From assembly GCA_002011125.2 (NCBI GenBank), contig MTMF02000009.1, forward strand, positions 1,608,989 to 1,672,988: a stretch of DNA of 64,000 nucleotides. The letters are read 5' to 3'. Both the position numbers and the translations under genes were made by a program. The stretch is from Candidatus Hydrothermarchaeum profundi (GTDB lineage: Archaea > Hydrothermarchaeota > Hydrothermarchaeia > Hydrothermarchaeales > Hydrothermarchaeaceae). Under the pieces are notes generated by a model. That model ran no database searches. It was not told the origin of the DNA and saw only the letters and a list, made by a program, of their open reading frames with translations. Below, piece by piece: positions 1 through 10,168 of the stretch (position 1 is its first letter; each line of letters opens with the position of its first letter).

Positions 1-1
1 A

Positions 2-883
2 AATAAGATAGCAGTGCTACAAGCTGCCGTGTGTGTACTTTTGGCTATGCTTTTCATACCTATAGACTTAGGTAACCCCCAACGAGTGTATTATTTCCTT
101 TTGACACCGAATTTTGATTCAATTTTTGTTTTCGATGCCGCAGTATTGAACCTCTATTTTATTCTGTGTATTATCGATCTTTTTGTACTTCTTAGCGGGA
201 GAGCAACTCATAACCTTGAACTGGGATTGACAATAGTCTCCCTTCCAACTGCTATAGGGATTCACTCAATAACTGCTTGGACGATAGGTCTTGCTAAGGC
301 CCGAGAGATGTGGCATACTGCATTGATGGCGCCTATATTTATCTCCTCTGCTGTTGCCTCTGGATTAGCTCTTCTGATTATTATGCTGCTTATCATTCGG
401 AAGTATACTGATGAGTATAAATTCGAAGACGAAATGTTTCATAGCGCTGGAAAACTACTTGCGACTGTGCTCTTAGTAGATCTATTTTTCCTATTAAGCG
501 AGATACTGACCACATATTGGCCATATTCTGAAACACCAGGCCACTCTATGCGCTTAGAAATCTTAACTTCAGGGCGATATAGCCCCTTTTTCTTATCTGA
601 GATATTTATTTTCGGTATTCTTCCTTTCTTGCTTCTGTGGTACCCTAAAACACGAAAAAATATTACAGTTTTGACTGTATCTTCTATTTTTGTCTTAATT
701 GGTGTCTTCCTGAAAAGATTCGCCTTTTTAGGACTAGGTTTCGGCATTAATCCATTGGGCCACACCGGAGTTTACGTTCCAACACTACCAGAACTTGCAA
801 TAACAATGGCTGTATGGGCTATCGGAATACTCATTGTTACTATATCTATAAAACTCTTCGATATGAAAACAGAGCCCCATTAA
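2..883 (+). CDS. NrfD/PsrC (DsrP-like) membrane anchor of a redox complex, 5'-partial
   Basis: Multi-TM protein with the NrfD-family motifs DLGNPQR, IHSITAW and WHTALMAPIFISSAVASG. The frame is open to the window edge. Confidence 0.85.
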   Translation, partial: NKIAVLQAAVCVLLAMLFIPIDLGNPQRVYYFLLTPNFDSIFVFDAAVLNLYFILCIIDLFVLLSGRATHNLELGLTIVSLPTAIGIHSITAWTIGLAKAREMWHTALMAPIFISSAVASGLALLIIMLLIIRKYTDEYKFEDEMFHSAGKLLATVLLVDLFFLLSEILTTYWPYSETPGHSMRLEILTSGRYSPFFLSEIFIFGILPFLLLWYPKTRKNITVLTVSSIFVLIGVFLKRFAFLGLGFGINPLGHTGVYVPTLPELAITMAVWAIGILIVTISIKLFDMKTEPH

Positions 884-892
884 TTACCAATT

Positions 893-2557
893 ATGGCTTC
901 TAAGAAAACATTAGAATGTTTATCGCACTATATAACCAATTTTGTAGATAGATCAGATGAAACTAAACAATTAAAGAAAGCAATACTAGAAGAAGACAAG
1001 AACGCTGTAATCTTTGGCTCACACGGTATGGGTAAATCTTCATTAGCCGCTAAATTTGCTTTTTGTGAACATGAAAGTTTTGAAGATATTCTCTTCTTAG
1101 AGTTGCACTCTTACCTTAAGCTTGAAGAGGTTCTAAGAGCATGTAACTTTTTCTTAGGAGACTCGGGGATAGTAGAATTTGACTATATATTAAGATCCCC
1201 TATTAAGATGACCGATAAGTTTGAAGCACTAACGAGTTTTTTGAATGAGAAAAGATTTTTAATAATATTTGACGATTACACGAGCTTTGGAGAAGAACTT
1301 CTAAATAAGCTTATAGAATTTGTAGAAAAAGTTGATAAAACAAAATTCATATTCACCGGCAAGCATGACATTAACTTAAATGATTCACTGCACTTAGAAT
1401 TACAGGGGCTCTCAGAGAATGACGCACTAAAGCTAATAGGATTATCTAACAGAAAAATTTCATATGATCTGAAAAAACGAATAAAAGAGATTTCTAAAGG
1501 GAGGCCGTATTACCTGATTGTCTTCTCAAAGTCTCCTAGAATAATTGACAAATCTGAAAATCACACTCCAGAAAAAATACTAGAGAGGATATATGAGAAT
1601 CTAGAAAATGCTGCTAAAGAACTTCTAAAAACTGCTTCAATTTTTGAAGGACCTGTTCCTCTAGAGATATTAGATGATAATTTCTCCGAGAATGCCGTAA
1701 ATGAGCTTTTAGAAAAAGGTTTGCTATTTAAGAAGGATTGCTATTATATTCCAAATATAGTTAAAAAACTTATTAGAACTAAAATCGTCAATCAACGAAG
1801 ATTATCGGCAAGAATAGGCGAATATTATGATAAGTTAGTAGAGAGTAAGAAAGATTTATGGGATCACCTCAGAGCACGGGAGTATTACATGGCCTCAGGT
1901 GAGTATGTGAAAGCATATAAGATAGTTGAATCTGCTTATATTGCCTTGCTTGAAAGAGGATATGTGGAACTCGCAGTAAAGTTGTTAGAGGAATCGGTAG
2001 AAACATTAGAGGGAGACAAAAAGTTTTTAGCGGCGAGCAATCTAGCTTCAGTTTACCAGAGGATTGGGAGAGAAAGCGAAGCGATTAAGATTTATGAGGA
2101 AGTAAAGGAGTTTTATTATAACAAAAAAGATAGAAGAAATCTATCTGCGGTACTACAAAATTTAGGAGCTATATACCTCCAGGAAGGCTTATTAGAAGAC
2201 GCTAAAAATGCATTTAAAGAGAGCTTGGAGATATCAAAGGGAATTAGGGACAAGGAAGGCATGGGGATTTCCTATCATAACCTAGGGTCTGTTTTTCATG
2301 CGCTGAAAGAATATACCCTTGCAAAGGAGATGTATCAGAGGAGTATAGAGATCTCATCGGAGGCGGGAGATAAAATGGGTTTTGCTCAAAGTCTTTATCA
2401 GCTGGGGGCTGTATTAGAGGATCTTGGAGAATATGAAGAAGCTGTGCAAAAGTATTCTATCTCAGCTGCCGCCTTTAATAATTTAAATCATCCTAATGCT
2501 GAATTGGCTAGGAACTCTATAGAAAAACTAAAAAATAGATTAGAGAGAGATAAGTAG
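893..2557 (+). CDS. STAND-type P-loop ATPase with C-terminal TPR repeats
   Basis: N-terminal FVDR motif, Walker A GSHGMGKS, Walker B LIIFDD, GRP (GxP) motif, then TPRs (NLGAIYLQEG, NLGSVFHALK, QLGAVLEDLG). Confidence 0.8.
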   Translation: MASKKTLECLSHYITNFVDRSDETKQLKKAILEEDKNAVIFGSHGMGKSSLAAKFAFCEHESFEDILFLELHSYLKLEEVLRACNFFLGDSGIVEFDYILRSPIKMTDKFEALTSFLNEKRFLIIFDDYTSFGEELLNKLIEFVEKVDKTKFIFTGKHDINLNDSLHLELQGLSENDALKLIGLSNRKISYDLKKRIKEISKGRPYYLIVFSKSPRIIDKSENHTPEKILERIYENLENAAKELLKTASIFEGPVPLEILDDNFSENAVNELLEKGLLFKKDCYYIPNIVKKLIRTKIVNQRRLSARIGEYYDKLVESKKDLWDHLRAREYYMASGEYVKAYKIVESAYIALLERGYVELAVKLLEESVETLEGDKKFLAASNLASVYQRIGRESEAIKIYEEVKEFYYNKKDRRNLSAVLQNLGAIYLQEGLLEDAKNAFKESLEISKGIRDKEGMGISYHNLGSVFHALKEYTLAKEMYQRSIEISSEAGDKMGFAQSLYQLGAVLEDLGEYEEAVQKYSISAAAFNNLNHPNAELARNSIEKLKNRLERDK

Positions 2558-2561
2558 TCCT

Positions 2562-3206
2562 ATGAAGATCATCTGTACCTCAGATATCCATGGAAAATCT
2601 GAGAAGATAAATAAGCTAGCTGACGTGCAAGCTGACTTGATAATCGTTGCTGGGGATTTAACTAATTTCGGGCATAAAAATAAAGCGATGGAAATTTTAA
2701 AGAGTTTACAGCAAATAGGGAAAGTTCTTGCTGTACATGGTAATTGCGATTATGCCGATGTCGAGGAAACTCTAAGTGAAATTGGTGTTAACTTGCATTC
2801 AAAAGGTGTGGAGATTGGGGGAATAGGATTTTTTGGGGTAGGTGGTTCTAGTTTAACGCCTTTTAATACTCCTCAAGAATATTCGGAGGAGGAAATAAAA
2901 AAAGCCTTACTAAAGGGGTATGAGATGGTAGCAGACCTCGAGGTTAAGGTATTAGTCTCTCATTCTCCGCCCGTTAACACTACAGTAGATAAAACGTCTA
3001 GTGGATTCAATGCGGGAAGTGAGGCGGTAAGAAAATTCATAGAAGAATACCAGCCTAACTTAGTTATCTGTGGACATATTCATGAGGCGAAAGGAAAGGA
3101 TATGATTGGACGTACTCTTGTGGTTAATCCAGGTCCCTTACATCACGGCTTTGCCCTTGCACATATAGATGATGGTAGTATAGATATAGAATTTCACAAG
3201 CTATAA
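2562..3206 (+). CDS. Calcineurin-like metallophosphoesterase (Icc-related)
   Basis: Motifs SDIHG, GDLT, GNCD, SHSPP and GHIHE. Confidence 0.9.
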   Translation: MKIICTSDIHGKSEKINKLADVQADLIIVAGDLTNFGHKNKAMEILKSLQQIGKVLAVHGNCDYADVEETLSEIGVNLHSKGVEIGGIGFFGVGGSSLTPFNTPQEYSEEEIKKALLKGYEMVADLEVKVLVSHSPPVNTTVDKTSSGFNAGSEAVRKFIEEYQPNLVICGHIHEAKGKDMIGRTLVVNPGPLHHGFALAHIDDGSIDIEFHKL

Positions 3207-3716
3207 CCTTAGAAGTAGCTCGAGGTAGGATCTTCGTTCTATGTTCTCTATAGGAACTCTTAATTCCTCTACAATTTCCAATAGTTCTTCAGGTTTATAG
3301 GTTTCCTCAAGCTTTTCGATTTCTATAAATTTTCCTAATCCCTCTACATCGTCCAGAAATATATTAAACTTTTCAGAGCGGTATGTTATTCGTTCTTTTT
3401 TTACACAACCTACCTCTTTAAATCCAAGGCGATTAAGTATCGTTCCCATTTTCTTAGCATCACTTATTGAGATTTCAATCTCTTCTCTCGTCTTAGTAAC
3501 TTTGTCTAATTTAGGACCCTTATAGGTAAGCCTGAAATTTCCATTTACTTCTCTTACCCGTAAGGCTTCATCTGTCTGTGAAAAATCACGGTTGGGATGG
3601 GAATAGTAATAATCCGTCTGTCTCTCTTTTTTAAAAAATTTGAATCCTAGTTCTCTTATCCTCTTTTGGGTGATGGTTGGATTATCCAGTTTAACCTTTA
3701 CTTCTACCTCTATCAT
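3201..3716 (-). CDS. cyaB: CYTH-domain protein (class IV adenylate cyclase family)
   Basis: EVEVK (ExExK) N-terminus, LRVR, LTYKGP and FIEIE motifs. Start moved to the ATG at 3716. Confidence 0.85.
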   Translation of the reverse strand: MIEVEVKVKLDNPTITQKRIRELGFKFFKKERQTDYYYSHPNRDFSQTDEALRVREVNGNFRLTYKGPKLDKVTKTREEIEISISDAKKMGTILNRLGFKEVGCVKKERITYRSEKFNIFLDDVEGLGKFIEIEKLEETYKPEELLEIVEELRVPIENIERRSYLELLLRL

Positions 3717-3768
3717 TTCTACCACTTCGAAGAAAGGTTTTCTATTAGATAGCCGCAAGTATTCAACT

Positions 3769-4659
3769 ATGTTCTCAGAGTTCTTGTTAAATAAGTATCG
3801 TTTATTATTTGATAATGATACTATTCGCGGTTTGACCGCGCCATTATCGCCTTCAATCCGAGCGAATACTCTGCGTATAAATGAAAGAACACTTGTAAGA
3901 AGACTTACAGAGAAAGGGATTGAGTTAGAAAAAATCTCCTGGGTGAAGCACGGCTATCTAGTTAAAGATTCTCCATTTTCATTAGGTGCTACTACGGAAT
4001 ATCTAATGGGTTATTATCAACTGCAAGACCCTGCTTCGATGTATTCCTGCGAAGTACTTGAACCCAAAAAAGGTGAGGTAATCCTTGATATGGCTGCCGC
4101 TCCAGGAGGAAAAACCACATATATTTCACAACTAATGATGAACAAAGGAACTATAGTATCCTTAGAATTGAATAGGGATCGTATGCGTTCTTTAAGATCT
4201 ACTATAACCCGTATGGGAGCAGAGAATGTAATAGCTATTAGAATGGACGCCAGAAACTCGGGTGAACTTGGAATAATATTTGATAGGATCCTCCTTGATG
4301 CCCCATGCACAGGTACGGGTACTGTTTTTAAGAATCCTGAAGCTGGTAAAAAGGGCCATAGTGACGTGGAAACGTGCTGTACTTTGCAGGCCTCTTTAAT
4401 TAAGACCGCTCATGGCATCCTTAAAAAGAAAGGTATTCTGGTTTATAGTACCTGCAGTATATTACCAGAGGAAAACGAATTAATAATAAAGGACGCCCTA
4501 AACTCTGGATTTAAATTACTGAATGTACCCTATGGTGTCGAGGCATTTACCCAAGTATATGGCATGCATTTAGGTAATAAGATGAAGTTTGCAAAAAGAT
4601 TTTACCCTCATACACATGGGACACAGGGATTTTTCATCGCTAAACTGCAGAAGATTTAA
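3769..4659 (+). CDS. NOL1/NOP2/Sun RNA (cytosine-C5) methyltransferase
   Basis: Motifs DMAAAPGGKT, ILLDAPCTGTG and VYSTCS. Start moved to the ATG at 3769 to avoid overlapping cyaB. Confidence 0.92.
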   Translation: MFSEFLLNKYRLLFDNDTIRGLTAPLSPSIRANTLRINERTLVRRLTEKGIELEKISWVKHGYLVKDSPFSLGATTEYLMGYYQLQDPASMYSCEVLEPKKGEVILDMAAAPGGKTTYISQLMMNKGTIVSLELNRDRMRSLRSTITRMGAENVIAIRMDARNSGELGIIFDRILLDAPCTGTGTVFKNPEAGKKGHSDVETCCTLQASLIKTAHGILKKKGILVYSTCSILPEENELIIKDALNSGFKLLNVPYGVEAFTQVYGMHLGNKMKFAKRFYPHTHGTQGFFIAKLQKI

Positions 4660-4703
4660 AATTCTAAATTAAATATGAGCAACACCGGCTAAAAAGAGTT
4701 TGT

Positions 4704-5033
4704 TTATAGATAATTTCTTAATTTCTCTATGAAATAAGATTTTGGAACCGCGCCAATAATCCTCTCAACAGGCTTCCCATCTTTAAATATTAGTACAGTA
4801 GGAACGCTCATAATCTGATATTTAAGTGCAACACTCGGATTTTCATCGACATTGATTTTAGCACAGACTAGCTTGCTGTCATATTCTTTCGCTAATTCTT
4901 CTATTACGGGAGCCACCATTTTACAGGGATAGCACCAATCTGCCCAGAAATCCACCAAAATTAGAGGGTATTTATTAACCTTTTCATTAAAATCGTCATC
5001 CTTTAGAGTGATTATCTCGCCCATTTTAACCAA
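4704..5033 (-). CDS. trxA: Thioredoxin
   Basis: DFWADWCYPC active site and SVPT cis-Pro loop. Confidence 0.93.
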   Translation of the reverse strand: MVKMGEIITLKDDDFNEKVNKYPLILVDFWADWCYPCKMVAPVIEELAKEYDSKLVCAKINVDENPSVALKYQIMSVPTVLIFKDGKPVERIIGAVPKSYFIEKLRNYL

Positions 5034-5063
5034 CCTTCCATTAATAGTGGTGCTTTATATACT

Positions 5064-5606
5064 TTATGCCCTTTCGAACTTGGAGACCGTTAGAGGCGTA
5101 GAAAAATATTCACCACTAATATGACAGAGAGGTTTTGCTTTTTCAAGGAGGACTACTTTGTCGAAAACCTCGCTCTTGACCTCAGCTTCTATTATCTCTC
5201 CAGCTATAAGCACGTGATCCCCTAATACTGCGGAGTGGATCATTTTACACTCAAGCCAAGCGAAGGCTTCCTTTATTCTGGGCGGCCTAATTTTTCTAGA
5301 AGGTTCTTCAGTTAAATTCGCTTCTTTAATCTCGCTGACACCATATGGATAGTCCTTTTCTAAAATCTTCATCAAAGGCCCGAATTCTTCGCCAATAATG
5401 TTAACCACGAATTCTTTGTTTTCTTTTATATTTCGCCATGTATCATGTTTTGGATTTGAAAATATTGCTATTATCGGAGGCGAGAAGCTTACTGGAGAAT
5501 TAAAACTAAATGGCGCGGCATTTGACACGCCCTCTTTCGAAATAGTTGAAACTACGATCACCGGCCTAATTAAAAGTTTCATAAAATCTTTAGGCTTTAA
5601 CCTCAT
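5064..5606 (-). CDS. Flavin reductase-like FMN-binding protein
   Basis: Motifs NAAPFSF, TWRNI...EFVVNI and GDH. Confidence 0.85.
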   Translation of the reverse strand: MRLKPKDFMKLLIRPVIVVSTISKEGVSNAAPFSFNSPVSFSPPIIAIFSNPKHDTWRNIKENKEFVVNIIGEEFGPLMKILEKDYPYGVSEIKEANLTEEPSRKIRPPRIKEAFAWLECKMIHSAVLGDHVLIAGEIIEAEVKSEVFDKVVLLEKAKPLCHISGEYFSTPLTVSKFERA

Positions 5607-6436
5607 TGCCTATCACCCTCCAGCATCATATAGGTTTTAACTATTTCTAAGTATGGTGCAATAAATAAACCAATTATTATAATTGCAATGTTTTGAAATC
5701 CCCGTAGTAAAAAAAATAATAATTCGTTAACATGCGCGAAGAATAGTGCTGGCAATGAAAAAAGAAGGGATAAAAAACTTGTAAGTAAGGTGGTGCCCAA
5801 TACAAGTAATATGTAAAGCATGACCTCTATCTTGTATACTCTTACGAATTTTATGCTTTCTATGAAACCATCTATAATTCCGGCCTTCTTAACTGCTATC
5901 GCCTGGGGAGTAAAAAATGTTAGAAAATAAATCAATACCATTAATATGCCGAAAAATAGAAGCAGAAATATTGAAATTGTAATATCCCCAAATACTAAAG
6001 GAATAACGGCTGTTGAGAGAATCGCTATGGAAAAAGTTCCGATAATCAACATATATAATAGGATATCCAATCCATATTTTTTTATCCCCTCAAGTCCATC
6101 AGAGAGGGAAACTCTCTTTCCTTCATAACCAGTTATCGCCATCTCTATAATAGCCGCTCTTGCAAATGCGTTAAAGACTAAGAATATCAAAACCATTGAA
6201 AAAACGCTGAATAAAAAGAACGCAAAAAGATAAAAAGGCGTACTACTTTGAATAAAAGTCACCATAGACCCTATATCAAAGGGCTGAAGCGAGATCCCCA
6301 CAATTATAACTAAAAGTATGGCGAAAAATATTAGAACGAAAATGTCAGCGAGATATTCAAGTACATGCGGGACTACAAATTTAAGATTTTTCTTATAAAG
6401 GGAAAAAGATGAAGAGAGGATGCCCCGCATATCCAT
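5603..6436 (-). CDS. Uncharacterised multi-pass membrane protein
   Basis: About 6 hydrophobic segments; translationally coupled to its neighbours. Confidence 0.75.
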   Translation of the reverse strand: MDMRGILSSSFSLYKKNLKFVVPHVLEYLADIFVLIFFAILLVIIVGISLQPFDIGSMVTFIQSSTPFYLFAFFLFSVFSMVLIFLVFNAFARAAIIEMAITGYEGKRVSLSDGLEGIKKYGLDILLYMLIIGTFSIAILSTAVIPLVFGDITISIFLLLFFGILMVLIYFLTFFTPQAIAVKKAGIIDGFIESIKFVRVYKIEVMLYILLVLGTTLLTSFLSLLFSLPALFFAHVNELLFFLLRGFQNIAIIIIGLFIAPYLEIVKTYMMLEGDRQ

Positions 6437-6838
6437 TTAAATCACTTTTTTTGCCTCGGATATATACCTCTCAACGATTTTTTTGGAAAGTCCGGTTTTC
6501 TTTGAAATCTTTTCTGGGTCTTCATCTACTAAAGCATTAGCGGAGGTTATACCCGCCTTTTCTAATTTTTTAATAGTTTTCTGACCTATACCTTTAACCT
6601 CTATAAGAGGCACTAATTTCTTCGGGGGTTTCTTTTTTTCCTTAGCTTTTTCGGTTATATGCCATTTCTTCAATTCTTCGAGTTCTTTAACATTAGATTC
6701 ATGCAAGCTCTTTCTCCTCCTGTCAATCCTGAAACCCATCGATCTAGCTTCTTCGATCGTAAGACCTGCCTCCAACACCTCACGGATGCTGTATCCTCTT
6801 CCTTTTCTAAAGCCTCCTTTCTTTTTTACTCTGACCAT
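6437..6838 (-). CDS. rpl13e: Ribosomal protein L13e-like domain fused to a C-terminal helix-hairpin-helix domain
   Basis: N-terminal RKGRGYSIREVLEAGL...IDRRRKSLHESNV is the eL13 core. C-terminal VKGIGQKTIKKLEKAGITS is an HhH motif. Confidence 0.75.
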   Translation of the reverse strand: MVRVKKKGGFRKGRGYSIREVLEAGLTIEEARSMGFRIDRRRKSLHESNVKELEELKKWHITEKAKEKKKPPKKLVPLIEVKGIGQKTIKKLEKAGITSANALVDEDPEKISKKTGLSKKIVERYISEAKKVI

Positions 6839-6947
6839 TACAACTCACCACTTCGACTTATATTGTATGAATTTAAATTCTTTATGCTACAGCTTAGGGC
6901 ATACATAAGGCGAAAATTTTAAAAAGAATTATTTACATTCTGAATTC

Positions 6948-7145
6948 ATGGTCCCAAATAATCTCAGCTCAGATCACACATATATTTTAAGATTACTTGA
7001 ACATGGCGCTATGGATGCTGGAACTCTCAGAAGAGCAAGCTTTGCACCGAAGTCAAAAGTCCAAAAGATCCTCGAAGATCTTGTTAAAATGAATCTAATT
7101 GAGAGACAGTGGGACGGTAAAAGCTTTACCTATAGAAAAATCTAA
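6948..7145 (+). CDS. Small winged-HTH protein (TrmB-like)
   Basis: The pattern PKSKVQKILEDLVKMNLIER followed by a beta-wing. Confidence 0.6.
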   Translation: MVPNNLSSDHTYILRLLEHGAMDAGTLRRASFAPKSKVQKILEDLVKMNLIERQWDGKSFTYRKI

Positions 7146-7148
7146 GCT

Positions 7149-8180
7149 TCAATATTTTAATATAAAGTCTTTACCCTTTATTCTAACACCAGGACCCTCG
7201 TCCACAGAACCTATTTTATAGGCTCTAGTGCCATATTTCTCGCAAATACCAATCACTTCATCTACATCATCAGTAGAAGTTACAATACAGAACCCTACGC
7301 CCATATTAAAGGTTCTGTACATCTCCTTATCTGTTACATTTCCAATCTTTTGAATAATCCTGAAAACTTTAGGAGGCTGTGGAAGAGAATCCAAAAAAAA
7401 ACCATACTTAGTCAATCTAGTAAGATTTCCAAGCCCCCCACCTGTTATGTTCGCTAAACCTTTTACGTTTACTATTTTTATTGCTTCTAATACTTCCTTC
7501 ACATATATCTTAGTCGGCTCTAATAGCTCTTCACCAACTGTTCTATCCCCAAGCCGATCATCTATATCATATTTACTTAACAAAACTTTTCTCGCCAACG
7601 TTAACCCATTGCTATGGATGCCAGAGCTTTCTAAACCGATAACAACATCTCCAGGACAGATATTTTCGCCATTGATAACCTTATCTGTTTCCACCAAACC
7701 TATTATGAATCCTCCTAAGTCGAGGCCTGTTATTATTTCTGGAAGCGTAGCTAACTCTCCTCCAGAGATGGAGATGCCTGCCTTCTTAGCGCCGAGAGCT
7801 AATCCTTTCGCGATTTCAGTAGCAATCTCTGGCTCTGGCCTTTCCATCGCGAGGTAATCAACAAGCGTTAGCGGCTCTGCACCAAGGCAGATTACATCAT
7901 TTGCGTTCATAGCGATTAAGTCAATACCGATCGTATCATATTTCTTAAGCATCTGTGCTACAAGGATTTTAGATCCTACGCCGTCGGCACTGATAGCAAG
8001 CGCTTGCGTGTTATTTATTTTAATTAAACCGGCAAAATGACCTTCAATGGGTATACTTTCCCCGATTTTTCCCTTCCTAATCCGCGTGGTCTCTTTAAGC
8101 TTTGAAACTATAGCCTTAATAGCTAAATTCTCAAGATCTATGTCCACCCCTGCCTTCGAATACGTCATTCCAGCATCCAT
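7149..8180 (-). CDS. purM: Phosphoribosylformylglycinamidine cyclo-ligase
   Basis: Motifs YSKAGVDI, DGVGSK, SSGIHSNG and EMYRTFNMGVG. Confidence 0.96.
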   Translation of the reverse strand: MDAGMTYSKAGVDIDLENLAIKAIVSKLKETTRIRKGKIGESIPIEGHFAGLIKINNTQALAISADGVGSKILVAQMLKKYDTIGIDLIAMNANDVICLGAEPLTLVDYLAMERPEPEIATEIAKGLALGAKKAGISISGGELATLPEIITGLDLGGFIIGLVETDKVINGENICPGDVVIGLESSGIHSNGLTLARKVLLSKYDIDDRLGDRTVGEELLEPTKIYVKEVLEAIKIVNVKGLANITGGGLGNLTRLTKYGFFLDSLPQPPKVFRIIQKIGNVTDKEMYRTFNMGVGFCIVTSTDDVDEVIGICEKYGTRAYKIGSVDEGPGVRIKGKDFILKY

Positions 8181-8222
8181 GAAACATTAATTGCTAGAAT
8201 GCTTATATAAATCCTTTTTGAA

Positions 8223-10136
8223 TTACTTAACCCGGATAACATCAAGATTCCTAGGCGCTCTACTCTCTGCCTTGAAGATCCTGTGAAAAGCAGATGCAAG
8301 CTCTGTACACTTTGATTCTTCTCCATGACAGGTGATTATTCTTTCAGGCTTCGGATTTATCCGCCTTATATAACTTATAAGTTGACCCCTATCACTATGC
8401 CCAGAAAAACCTTCAATAGTGTGTACATCCATATTTATGTTAACCACCTTAGTCTTACCGTCTTCATTCATGCGTATTTCTTTCCATCCCTTTTGTATTC
8501 TTCGACCCATACTCCCCTCTGCTTGGTATCCCACGAAAATCAGGCTATTTTTCTCATCCTCAGCTAAACTTTTGAAATACTCTATTACGGGCCCACCCGC
8601 CAACATACCTGATGTTGAGATAACTATACTTGGGTCGCCATCTATTACCTCTTTTCTCATCGCAGGCCCATTTACTTTTTTAAAATATTCGGCCAAAAAA
8701 GGATTCTTTCCTCTATGGAATATCTGGTTTCTTAATTCTTTATTTAGATACTCAGGATAAGTAGTATGTATACCCGTGGCTTCCCAAATCATGCCATCAA
8801 GATATACCGGTGCTTCAGTTACTGCTCCTTTGCTCATATAGTCCTCTAGAGCTACCATAAGTTCCTGCGCTCTTCCCACCGAGAACGCTGGAACCAGTAC
8901 CTTGCCCCCTCTTTTTAGGGTTTCGTCGATAACTTTCATTAATTCTTTTTCTGCGCTCTTCCTTGAAGGTTGAGTATCTTTTTTGCTTCCATAAGTGCTT
9001 TCCACTATAAGGGTTTCAAGTCTGGGGAACCTTGGATTCGCAGGCTCTAAAAGCCGTGACCTCTCAAACTTTAAATCACCGGTATACGCTAGGTTATACA
9101 ATCCGTCCCCTATATGAAAATGCGCTATCGATGAGCCTAAGATATGACCTGCGTTATGAAGGGTTAATTTTATATCAGGCGAAATATCAGTTACCTCACC
9201 ATACTCTAGGGGTATAACGTATTTAACCATCTCTTTAATGAATTTTCTAGGGTAAGGGAGATCTTTTCCTTCTCTTTCAACCACATCTAAATAATCCCAA
9301 TGAAGTAAAAACATTAAATCCCGGGTGGGGGGGGTACAGTATACAGGCCCCTTATACCCCATATAGTATAGATAAGGCACAAAACCGCAATGATCCAAGT
9401 GCGCATGAGTTACTATAACTGCATCAAGCTCCTGTAAATTAAATTCCGGTACGCTCAAGAAAGGGAATGCACTTCCATTATCGCTGGCAGCGACATTAAC
9501 ACCGCAATCAATCAGCACTCTGCTCTCCTGCGTTTGAAGAAAAATTGATGTCCTGCCTACTTCCCTAAATCCCCCGAGAGCCCCGAGCCTAATCCACTGA
9601 ACCCCCCTATCTAGAGGCGTTCTATGGATTCTTTTACCCATACTTCTGAGGATTTCCTTGCGCTCATCACTTGATTTAAGCAAGAGGTGCCTAATGCTTT
9701 TAACTATCTTAGAGGGTATGGGGGGTGTTCTCCTAACACTTGGCGTCCAGCCGACCGCCATTTTAATTTCATTAAGTGTTACTCCTCCTTTCCCTATAAC
9801 TAACCCGGGCTTTACTGCCTCAATTAGTGCTTCACCAAAATTAGGGTCAAACTCTATATTCGTTATGCCTGCATCTTCCGGCACTATACTTTTGATCTTT
9901 TCAATAGCTTTTTCAGGTTCCTCTAACACGGACGGATCTGGTCTAATGACTATCCTCTTTCTTATTACCCTAGCAAGCTCTTTAACTATTTCTCCATTTT
10001 CTGCTAACACGGAAGGATTTTTTGAATAAAGTACAATCTCCGGACCCTCAAAGTCGACCTTGGTCATTAACGAAGCCGGGGGTACCGTATCCTTTATTAC
10101 CTTTTTTATTTCATTGAGACTTTCTTCAACTGCCAT
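8223..10136 (-). CDS. Beta-CASP ribonuclease aCPSF1 (FttA transcription termination factor)
   Basis: N-terminal KH domains (GLVIGKGG), MBL motifs THAHLDH, AGHILGS and FSGHSD; adjacent to psmB, as is typical in archaea. Confidence 0.95.
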   Translation of the reverse strand: MAVEESLNEIKKVIKDTVPPASLMTKVDFEGPEIVLYSKNPSVLAENGEIVKELARVIRKRIVIRPDPSVLEEPEKAIEKIKSIVPEDAGITNIEFDPNFGEALIEAVKPGLVIGKGGVTLNEIKMAVGWTPSVRRTPPIPSKIVKSIRHLLLKSSDERKEILRSMGKRIHRTPLDRGVQWIRLGALGGFREVGRTSIFLQTQESRVLIDCGVNVAASDNGSAFPFLSVPEFNLQELDAVIVTHAHLDHCGFVPYLYYMGYKGPVYCTPPTRDLMFLLHWDYLDVVEREGKDLPYPRKFIKEMVKYVIPLEYGEVTDISPDIKLTLHNAGHILGSSIAHFHIGDGLYNLAYTGDLKFERSRLLEPANPRFPRLETLIVESTYGSKKDTQPSRKSAEKELMKVIDETLKRGGKVLVPAFSVGRAQELMVALEDYMSKGAVTEAPVYLDGMIWEATGIHTTYPEYLNKELRNQIFHRGKNPFLAEYFKKVNGPAMRKEVIDGDPSIVISTSGMLAGGPVIEYFKSLAEDEKNSLIFVGYQAEGSMGRRIQKGWKEIRMNEDGKTKVVNINMDVHTIEGFSGHSDRGQLISYIRRINPKPERIITCHGEESKCTELASAFHRIFKAESRAPRNLDVIRVK

Positions 10137-10168
10137 CTGTGGGCCCCTCAAAAACTAGTAAAAGGGGA

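Noticed and set aside
3640-3768. Long N-terminal extensions of ORF-track calls (NOP2 here; also ogt 37182-37394 and trxA 52536-52610)
   Set aside because: They overlap real neighbouring genes, and downstream ATGs fit the family N-termini better.
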